DNA from: Promethearchaeota archaeon
Lineage (GTDB): Archaea; Asgardarchaeota; Lokiarchaeia; Sigyniarchaeales; SOKP01
Assembly: GCA_048941015.1 (NCBI GenBank)
Contig: JBHLNZ010000003.1
Span: forward strand, 60,797 to 124,796
Reading direction: 5' to 3'
Length of the DNA stretch: 64,000 nt
Shown here: positions 1 to 7,581 of the stretch, one piece after another
Layout of the letters: every line of letters begins with the position of its first letter
Numbering within the stretch: position 1 is the stretch's first letter
Program-made: the position numbers and the translations under genes
The notes under the pieces: model-generated
Told to the model about the DNA's origin: nothing
The model's database searches: none
What the model saw: the letters and a program-made list of their open reading frames with translations, nothing else

Positions 1-44
1 CATCAAAAATTTCAAATTTCATACTTATTTACTTTTTAGAAAAA

Positions 45-656
45 TTATTTAAAAAATTCAGTTAATCGATTCTCATTAAAAAGTTTTTCTAACCAATCAA
101 TTTTACCAGCTCGATAACTTTCGATATGTTTCTTTTCAAGAATTATTTCGATAATAATATCAGTTATAGTTTTAATATCTAAATCTGTCGTATCAATTTC
201 TAATAAGGGAATTTTAATTCTTTTTTTCATAAAATAGTTAATAGAGTTACCTAAGATTTCAGATTGTATGTTTTCTAATATTTTTTCTTTTCTATAGCCT
301 CTCTTCTCTAATCTTTCAAGTAAAACATCAGGATGACATCTTAAAACAATTGCTAAGTCAATATACTTATCGGGGACGATATCTGAGAAATGGCTTTCAA
401 CTATAAGAATTTCTAAACCTTCTTTATTCAGGATTTTTATCTGCTTCTCTAAGTAAGAAATTATCTTTTTTTCATCTATTATTGAAGTTTCTCTTTGTTG
501 ATCATAGCTTAATATAAAATTTTTTGATACAGCTAATTCATTTAATGTGATTACCTTAGCTTTAATTAATTTAGCGATTCTATTTGAAATAGTTGTTTTA
601 CCAGTTCCAGGTGTTCCTGATAATACAATTACATTCATTATTGATTCATAGATCAT
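45..656 (-). CDS. Adenylate kinase, AK6/Fap7 family
   Basis: Walker A SGTPGTGKTT, hhhESH motif, VLRCHP..L..RL..RGY..KI.ENI.SEI typical of AK6/Fap7. Confidence 0.9.
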   Translation of the reverse strand: MIYESIMNVIVLSGTPGTGKTTISNRIAKLIKAKVITLNELAVSKNFILSYDQQRETSIIDEKKIISYLEKQIKILNKEGLEILIVESHFSDIVPDKYIDLAIVLRCHPDVLLERLEKRGYRKEKILENIQSEILGNSINYFMKKRIKIPLLEIDTTDLDIKTITDIIIEIILEKKHIESYRAGKIDWLEKLFNENRLTEFFK

Positions 657-691
657 ACATTATTTGAAAGAAAATAGATAAATTGCTATAG

Positions 692-795
692 TGGGAAAGG
701 GGGGCTTCGAACCCCCGACCTCACGGTTATCAGCCGTGCGCTATACCAGGCTAAGCCAATGGAGAGAAGCCTTAAAAAAAGGTTTCTACTCTCCC
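692..795 (-). tRNA. tRNA-Ile(GAU) with 30-nt intron (759-788) at position 7/8
   Basis: Spliced product GGGAGAG TG GCTT AGCCTGGTA TAGC G CACGG CT-GAT-AA CCGTG AGGTC GGGGG TTCGAAG CCCCC CTTTCCC A folds as a cloverleaf. Anticodon at 731-729. Intron bounded by 4-bp helix GGAG/CTCC and 3-nt bulges AGT and ATT. Confidence 0.88.
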
Positions 796-830
796 TAGCC
801 ACATTCCCGTTTCAGAGCTTGATATTTAAT

Positions 831-838
831 TTAATAAA
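831..838 (-). promoter_or_regulatory. Putative TATA box for the tRNA-Ile precursor
   Basis: TTTATTAA on the minus strand about 23 nt upstream of the leader at 808. The AT-rich context lowers specificity. Confidence 0.4.
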
Positions 839-1026
839 TCTACTATTTAACAACTAATCGATTTATTTAAATTTTAAATAATTAAAAAATTTTTTGTATT
901 AAAGAAGAGATAAGACTAATTTTCAAGAAAATATCAATTTTAGCATAGAAAAAAATTAATTACTTCTCGATTAAATTTTAATAGTACAATAATCAAAGTT
1001 TTAATTAAGAATTATCATAGATCCCG

Positions 1027-1458
1027 ATGCCTCAAATTTTAAATTTTTCTATAACTGGACTAGAAGATTACACAATTAGCTTTGAGACTTACTGTTCTAC
1101 ATGTGATATTCAAAAGTACTGTAAGTATGGTAAAGAAACCCCTTTCAGTATATCAATAAATTGTGGGGATTTAAACCGAGCTAAAGAAAAGATTAAATTT
1201 GATCAACTTCAAAAATTACAAAAAAAAGAAGATGTGTCAGTCACATATGAAGAACTAGTAAAGAAGGTAAAAATTAATCTTCAAAATATTTTTAGTCAGA
1301 TTTGGAAAGATAAAATTAAAGCTCAAAAAGAAGAACTTAGGTGTCTGGATTCTAGAAAAACAGATTCTATGCTTGTAGCTCAGCAAGGTCAGGATTGGTG
1401 GCAAGATTTCAATATAACTATGAAAGAAATTAATAATGAATGTGAAAAAATTGTCTAA
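1027..1458 (+). CDS. Hypothetical protein, possibly Zn-binding
   Basis: 143-aa ORF with CxxC-x5-C and further Cys; no family recognised. Confidence 0.65.
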   Translation: MPQILNFSITGLEDYTISFETYCSTCDIQKYCKYGKETPFSISINCGDLNRAKEKIKFDQLQKLQKKEDVSVTYEELVKKVKINLQNIFSQIWKDKIKAQKEELRCLDSRKTDSMLVAQQGQDWWQDFNITMKEINNECEKIV

Positions 1459-1474
1459 AAAGGTTAAATAAAAA

Positions 1475-2059
1475 TTATTTTCCACGACCTTTATTAGCTC
1501 TTATACTAGGTCGCGTTTTTTCAGATCCCCATCCTCTCTTTCGTAATCCTCTAGCACGTTTCCCAGCAGAAGTTAAACCACGGGTAACTCTCTTGTTATG
1601 GGGGTTTTTAGATATCCAATTTATTTTAGGATCTGCTTTAATAACAGGATGATGAGGATCGACCATAATTACTTCGTAATACCAATTTTTTCCATCTGAA
1701 TAAACTTTATAGCTGTTTAAAACTTGCATATTAGGATATTTTCTTTGCACTCGTTCTTCAGCAATCCATTGTAAATTTTTTCCAGTAGTATATTTAGAAA
1801 CACCCATAGCACGAGGCTTTCTTCCTCCTTTGGGTCTAACTTTATGCATTCCACCTTTTCTAACTCTCGCTCTAACAACTATATACCCTTGCTTAGCTTT
1901 ATAACCTAAAGATCTCGCGCGATGGAGTTTAGTGGGTCTCTCTACTCTCTCAACTGACTTTCCCTTTCTAAATTCAATTCCTCTTTTCCAATGAGGTGTT
2001 TGATACCCAGTATCATGTTTTTCAAAAGTTTCTTTTAAGTAATTATATCCAGACTTCAT
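1475..2059 (-). CDS. rpl15e: 50S ribosomal protein L15e
   Basis: [55 protein letters not shown]. Confidence 0.97.
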   Translation of the reverse strand: MKSGYNYLKETFEKHDTGYQTPHWKRGIEFRKGKSVERVERPTKLHRARSLGYKAKQGYIVVRARVRKGGMHKVRPKGGRKPRAMGVSKYTTGKNLQWIAEERVQRKYPNMQVLNSYKVYSDGKNWYYEVIMVDPHHPVIKADPKINWISKNPHNKRVTRGLTSAGKRARGLRKRGWGSEKTRPSIRANKGRGK

Positions 2060-2261
2060 TTTTTGAGGATTATTATTTAGTATTAAATACTGAAATTATC
2101 AAAAATTAATTAATTTTATTATTTTATTTACTGAATTGATTCTAATTTATTTTTGAAATTATAAAGATCTTAGGGATTTCTATATTCAATAACAAATAAC
2201 TATATAATTTCAATTAAACTTATTTATTTTAAGTTGAAACATAGATATCATCAAATTTATT

Positions 2262-2726
2262 ATGCAAAATGATCAAGATAAAAAGAAGAAACCTTTTGAT
2301 AAACTTAAAATAACTAACAATGATGGATTAAATATTTCTTATGATCAAAAGCAACTTGAAGATCTTTATCCTAATTTAATGTCAGAAATTTCGAATAAAA
2401 AGAAAGCCTTAAAAATAAATTCAATAAGTTCTGTTCCTCAGGAGAATAAAAAAAAAGAAAATCATTTTAATAATTATAACGAAGATCTGAGTAATCCAGG
2501 TGCGATAGACTTTATCCGACGATGTGAGAATGAAGAACAAGCGATCGAAATATTGAATTATCTTTTAAAAAGAAATGAAATTACAAATGATAAGTTTAAC
2601 TTATTAATGAATCAAATTGTTAAAAAAGACGGATTAAAAAGGCTTATAATCGAAAGTGGTGGTAAAAAAACTCCAGGTTATTATGAGAGAAACTATTATA
2701 AGAACAAAAAATATAATCAATCATAA
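2262..2726 (+). CDS. DUF2095-like conserved archaeal protein
   Basis: P.AIDFIRRC..EEQAIEI.NY..KR.EI and K.PGYY motifs. Confidence 0.75.
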   Translation: MQNDQDKKKKPFDKLKITNNDGLNISYDQKQLEDLYPNLMSEISNKKKALKINSISSVPQENKKKENHFNNYNEDLSNPGAIDFIRRCENEEQAIEILNYLLKRNEITNDKFNLLMNQIVKKDGLKRLIIESGGKKTPGYYERNYYKNKKYNQS

Positions 2727-2740
2727 ACCACTGTAATTAA

Positions 2741-2829
2741 TGATTTAGATTAATGATGAACTTATGACAAGTGTTTAGAGCTACTGCTCGTAGCAATGAC
2801 GTTGTCGCCCCAATCTGAAATTTAAATTA
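2741..2829 (+). ncRNA. Double-guide C/D-box sRNA
   Basis: Box C ATGATGA (2753-2759), D' TAGA (2776-2779), internal hairpin GCTAC/GTAGC, C' ATGACGT (2796-2802), box D CTGA (2815-2818), 11-bp terminal stem 2741-2751/2819-2829. The D guide is complementary to the LSU rRNA P-loop consensus. Confidence 0.85.
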
Positions 2830-3079
2830 AAGAAGCATTATTAATTTTTTTTATAAAATCAAAACCTTTTTGGGTTAAATTATACCCGTTTTCATTTTTA
2901 AATATTAAATTCAGATCTAATAGCACTGGTATTCTACCCTTTATGCATTCTAAAGGAACTCCTGAGAAGATCTTTATCGTTTCAAAATCTCTAGCACCTT
3001 GACTAATAGCAATAAAAATTTCAACTCCCATATTTCCGAGTAAGTACTTAAGATTCGCGTAGTTATCTTCTTTAATCAA
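2822..3079 (-). CDS. Small winged-helix HTH protein
   Basis: 85 aa; L.DLNLI.K...GYNLTQKG wing motif. Confidence 0.7.
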   Translation of the reverse strand: MIKEDNYANLKYLLGNMGVEIFIAISQGARDFETIKIFSGVPLECIKGRIPVLLDLNLIFKNENGYNLTQKGFDFIKKINNASLI

Positions 3080-3121
3080 TTTATCATACCTAATTTTAAT
3101 TTTATTTTAAAATATTTGAAA

Positions 3122-4282
3122 TTAAATCTTTTTAGGTTCATATTTCTTCGCAACTACGGGTTTCGATTCTTTTGGTAATAATTTCCTTAAATACTCTGGA
3201 AAAGAAGTTGTTATTTGAATATTTGTTTTTAAAACAATATATCTTTCACTTTTATATTTTAATTCTTCAATAACATCATATTTTTTAAGAAAATCTAGAG
3301 AAGAATTTAAATATTCTAATGTTCTTTTTGAAACTAAATTAGGTAATTTATCTCTAGGAATTAATCCATTTCTTAATTCGGATAAGACATTATATTTTTT
3401 AGGATCTGATACTATTTGAAATAAAGTAAACGTATCTTCCTCCAACTTTTCTTTACCCATATTTTCATATTGACTAAAATATTCTTGAACCTTTGGAAGT
3501 AAAATATCTATTAAATCTCTCTCAACTTGCTCTGAAGCTTCTTCCAGATATTCAATCACACTATCAGGAGGTATTCTTTCAGCATTTACTTCTTTTAATA
3601 ATAAAACGTATTTTTCAACAATCCCAATTTGATTAATAAAAATGAACTGTTTTTCAACCAAAATATCAATTAATTCATTAAAGCTCAATTTAGGGAAATT
3701 TTCAATAAACCATTCTCTCAGACCTTCTGATGTGATAGGACCCTTAGACAATTTTTTTAGGGTTAAAAAAATATGTTTTTTATTCAATAATGCTGCAATT
3801 TTTTCTTCTTCACTTTTTTCTCTAGTTTCTTCAACAGCACCCCAGTACAACTCTTTTACCCATAATTTGACCAATGAATTATTCGTATGAATAATTTCTT
3901 TATCTTTTTCTTCAAAATTATTTATATCATTAATATAAAAAGCGGTAAATATCTCCTCATTAGATTTAAGCCTTTCGGAAAATTCTTCGAGCAAACCTAA
4001 AATGCTTTGTTCGATTTCTGGATTTGTTTGTTGGTTGAAAATTAATGATACCATTAACATGTCTTGATTTCCTCTTGCCCAATCAGAATGAATTTCGAAA
4101 TAATAATTCATTGAATTTTTGCTTTCGAAAGAATGAGTAAAAAAACCTTCACTAACAGTCTGATCCATAATGTTTGCTATTCTAAGTGATAATGCATCAT
4201 CTAGCATTGATTCAGGATATGAATAAAATACGATAGGTCCAATTTTTCGATGAAAGTATGAAAGAGCGGCAATGGTTTTCAA
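3122..4282 (-). CDS. Longin/uDENN-like domain protein with C-terminal winged-helix-like repeats
   Basis: N-terminal LSYFHRKIGPIVFYSYP and ARG...MVSLI resemble uDENN/NPRL2/folliculin longin motifs; two helix-plus-beta-wing segments follow. Confidence 0.6.
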   Translation of the reverse strand: MKTIAALSYFHRKIGPIVFYSYPESMLDDALSLRIANIMDQTVSEGFFTHSFESKNSMNYYFEIHSDWARGNQDMLMVSLIFNQQTNPEIEQSILGLLEEFSERLKSNEEIFTAFYINDINNFEEKDKEIIHTNNSLVKLWVKELYWGAVEETREKSEEEKIAALLNKKHIFLTLKKLSKGPITSEGLREWFIENFPKLSFNELIDILVEKQFIFINQIGIVEKYVLLLKEVNAERIPPDSVIEYLEEASEQVERDLIDILLPKVQEYFSQYENMGKEKLEEDTFTLFQIVSDPKKYNVLSELRNGLIPRDKLPNLVSKRTLEYLNSSLDFLKKYDVIEELKYKSERYIVLKTNIQITTSFPEYLRKLLPKESKPVVAKKYEPKKI

Positions 4283-4497
4283 TTAAGAGATCTCCACCAA
4301 AAATTTGTATTTTTTTCCAAATAAATATGTTAATTTTTTATAATAAGACCCAAATTAAATTAATATTAAAGATTATATATTCTTAAAGATAAATAAATTT
4401 ATCTTGACCAAATCCCTGTTAACAATAGAAAAGGATTTAAGTTAATAATAGAATTCAATAATTTATAATTAGAAATTAATCAATTTTGTAAATAGGA

Positions 4498-5241
4498 ATG
4501 AGTTCAATAAAACTGGTAGCATTCGATCTTGATGATTGCCTTTTTGACTCAACTGGCTTATCTGAGCGCGCAAGAGTTAAAGGAATAGATGCTATGATTA
4601 ATCTGGGATTAAATGTTGAACGTGAGAAGGCAATAGATATGATTCAAGAAATAGTTCAAGAATATGGATCCAACTCTTCTAAACACTACAATTATTTTAT
4701 AAAAAGGCTTAATGAACTTGAAAATATGGAGGTTTCTTTTAATAATCAAGTAAAATACATAGCTGTAGCAGTCATGGCCTATCATCAAGAAAAAATTGAT
4801 TCTATAAAACTTTTTGATGATGTAAGACCATGTTTAAACAAATTAAAATTATTGGGATTAAAATCAGCAATAATTACCGACTCACCCTTACCAATAAAAC
4901 AATATGAAAAAATATTAAGATTAAATATTGATAATCTTATTGATTCAGTAATAATATCTGATGAAATAGGAATAAGAAAGCCAAATCCAAAGTTATTCTC
5001 TTTTTGTTTAAAAAAGTTTAATGTAAAAGGTTCTGAAACACTTTATATAGGGGATAACTTAAATAATGATATTACTCCTGCGAAAATCAATTCTATTCAT
5101 AGCATTTATATTCATCGTGGAGGAAAATATGATTTTGATAAAACAAGTGAAGAACCTAATCAAAAAAATAAACCAGATTATGAGATTTATAACCTTGATG
5201 AAATTTTTAAAATAATTGAGCAAATAAATAAAAAATCATAA
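4498..5241 (+). CDS. HAD-superfamily hydrolase
   Basis: FDLDDCL (motif I), RKPNP, YIGD..NDI. Confidence 0.9.
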   Translation: MSSIKLVAFDLDDCLFDSTGLSERARVKGIDAMINLGLNVEREKAIDMIQEIVQEYGSNSSKHYNYFIKRLNELENMEVSFNNQVKYIAVAVMAYHQEKIDSIKLFDDVRPCLNKLKLLGLKSAIITDSPLPIKQYEKILRLNIDNLIDSVIISDEIGIRKPNPKLFSFCLKKFNVKGSETLYIGDNLNNDITPAKINSIHSIYIHRGGKYDFDKTSEEPNQKNKPDYEIYNLDEIFKIIEQINKKS

Positions 5242-5253
5242 TTTTAATAAAAA

Positions 5254-6069
5254 ATGCTAAAAATTGCTTGTATACAACCTAAAGTATATAATACTAAGAA
5301 GGAATGCTATAAAGAAATCGAACTTCTATTAAAAAATTTATTAGAAGAATTTCATAGCTGTGAAATTATTTGCCTACCTGAAAGATGGGTTCCGATTAAT
5401 GATAGTTTAGCAAAAAATATTCAGGAAGAAAAGGGAGAAGATTACAATTTTATCAAAAATTTAGCTAAGGAATACAATATTAGTATTATTTCTGGAGGAA
5501 TCTGGGAAAAAAGAAAAAAGAATAATAAATCAAAAATAACAAGTTACTTTTTCAATGAGCATGGTGAAGAGATAGGAAGACAGGATAAAATTCATCTCTA
5601 CTCATATGAAAAAGAGCAATTTGAACCCGGAAATGAATTAATAATATTCAAATATAATCATTTTAATTTTGCTATATTAATTTGTTTTGATATGGCATTT
5701 TTCGAAACGCCAAGATTAGCTATTGAAAACGGCGCCGATTTTCTAATTTCCCCTACTCAAATCAGAAAAGAGGGCATGGAAAATTGGGACATTTATTTAA
5801 GAGCACGAGCTCTTGAGAATAGAGTACCTATTATAGGGTGTAATACTTTTGGGAACTTTTTTAAAAGAACTTTCACAGGAAATAGCAAGATAATTTCTTT
5901 TATTGAAGGCTATATTTCCCCATCTAAATTGAGAATAATTCAGGCACCAAAAAATAAAAGTGGAATAATTTATGATAAAATAGATCTAAATTTTCCGAGG
6001 AAATTAAGAAAACTAAGACTAGTTGAAACTATTGAAAAGAATATAATAAAAGTGAGAAAAATTTTTTAA
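5254..6069 (+). CDS. Carbon-nitrogen hydrolase (nitrilase family)
   Basis: Catalytic triad contexts LPE, KIHL and ICFD; RALEN. Confidence 0.9.
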   Translation: MLKIACIQPKVYNTKKECYKEIELLLKNLLEEFHSCEIICLPERWVPINDSLAKNIQEEKGEDYNFIKNLAKEYNISIISGGIWEKRKKNNKSKITSYFFNEHGEEIGRQDKIHLYSYEKEQFEPGNELIIFKYNHFNFAILICFDMAFFETPRLAIENGADFLISPTQIRKEGMENWDIYLRARALENRVPIIGCNTFGNFFKRTFTGNSKIISFIEGYISPSKLRIIQAPKNKSGIIYDKIDLNFPRKLRKLRLVETIEKNIIKVRKIF

Positions 6070-6198
6070 AAATTTATTAATTTGAAATTATTCATTCGAT
6101 TTTTTAATAATTTTATATTCAATCATTTTTAATTTTACTTCCAATGACCTCTCTCTGTGGGGGGGTTTAAATACTTCTATCTAAATTAAAATTAAAAA

Positions 6199-7368
6199 TT
6201 GAAAATTAATATGATTGTAGAACCAAATCATTCTAAAAGCTATATTGGTCCTAAAGCCATTTTTGATCCTAATTATGTCCCTAAACAAATTCTCTTCAGA
6301 AGTCAAGAAGTTCACTCTTTATACTCTATTCTAAATGATTCCTTTTCGGATAATTTTTGTTTAAATATTTTATACCAGGGAATTCAAGGGATTGGAAAAA
6401 AAGTAATTGTTAATAGGGTACTCAAAGATCTTTCAATTCAAAATAGTAATGATTTAAGTCTTAAACAAATTACAGTTGACTGTAAACAAAAGAGTTTTGA
6501 AGAAATACTCGTTGCAATATTAACTGAGATTAATGGAATCTGTAATTTTAGTTTAAATTTCAATTGTTTAATAAATTCAAATATTTCCAATCTATGGAAT
6601 TTATTTAAATTAGCATGTACAAAGATTAATTCAAATTTACTCTTTGTATTCAATAATATAGAAACCTTGTCTCCAGAACTTTTGAAAAAGCTTTTGCAAT
6701 ATGGAAAAGAGAAGAAAATAAGTTTTATTTCAACTATTAATAAAGTTTTAAAACCATCAAGTTTAGATCTTCTGAATAATTTTGATTTAACTAAAAAATT
6801 AGGATATTATTCTTATCAACAATTATTTGAAATCCTAAAGCAAAGAGCATCAATAACTTTTTTAAATCAAATTGATAAAGAAATCATTGAAATTATAACA
6901 GATTTAATCTTTGAGCACTATGTACCAGTTCCTGGAAAGGGTATAGAGATTTTAAAAGAGATATACCCCGTTTTAAATGAAAAAAGTAAGTATAATAATC
7001 TTGAAATCCTTGAAATTATAAAAAACCAATTTGATTCTATCCAGTTATCAGATGAATTTAATTTACTCACCTATATTTCAGACGAAGAATTATTAACTAT
7101 TCTCTTTTTAGATAATATTTCGAGTTATTTTTTAAAGAATAGTCATTATTATATAACTTCAAAGAAATTAAAAGAGCTTTATTATATTTCATGTGAAACT
7201 ATAGAATACGACAAAATTTTAGAACATTTTTATGATATTGTAAAAAAGTTTCAAAATATTGGTATACTTAGTTTATCTAAAAGAAATTTTAGCGGTAAAT
7301 TATTTTTCTTGGTAATAAACCCTAAAAGATTAAAAACAATTGTTGACACAATCTTCAAGAATTTTTAA
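6199..7368 (+). CDS. Divergent Cdc6/Orc1-like protein
   Basis: FDPNYVP..I.FR..E N-terminus, degenerate Walker A GIQGIGKK, YS..QL..IL.QRA, C-terminal winged helix. The start may be the ATG at 6211. Confidence 0.75.
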   Translation: MKINMIVEPNHSKSYIGPKAIFDPNYVPKQILFRSQEVHSLYSILNDSFSDNFCLNILYQGIQGIGKKVIVNRVLKDLSIQNSNDLSLKQITVDCKQKSFEEILVAILTEINGICNFSLNFNCLINSNISNLWNLFKLACTKINSNLLFVFNNIETLSPELLKKLLQYGKEKKISFISTINKVLKPSSLDLLNNFDLTKKLGYYSYQQLFEILKQRASITFLNQIDKEIIEIITDLIFEHYVPVPGKGIEILKEIYPVLNEKSKYNNLEILEIIKNQFDSIQLSDEFNLLTYISDEELLTILFLDNISSYFLKNSHYYITSKKLKELYYISCETIEYDKILEHFYDIVKKFQNIGILSLSKRNFSGKLFFLVINPKRLKTIVDTIFKNF

Positions 7369-7581
7369 TAATTTGATTCCAACAATTAGAGATCAGAATC
7401 GAAACTTTGACGCTTCAAAAACCATTACAACTATTAATAAGTAAAAACGTTGTGATTCTTTTTTTAGAAATGAAATCTATTATTGAAGGTAAAACCTTAT
7501 CTTTTCAATTACTCACTACATATATATAGACGTAATAACTCTTTATTTTTAAATAAAACATCAATAAATGGAGATTAAAAT

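Noticed and set aside
754-808. Reading tRNA-Ile as starting at 808 (GGGAATG) with a 43-nt intron near the D-arm
   Set aside because: It leaves a U6:U67 mismatch, and none of the possible junction registers gives a BHB. The start at 795 gives a fully paired acceptor stem and correct bulge-helix-bulge geometry.
7381-7460. Possible C/D sRNA on the minus strand between cdc6-like and smc (CTGA, TTGAAGC)
   Set aside because: No convincing box C, terminal stem or recognisable guide
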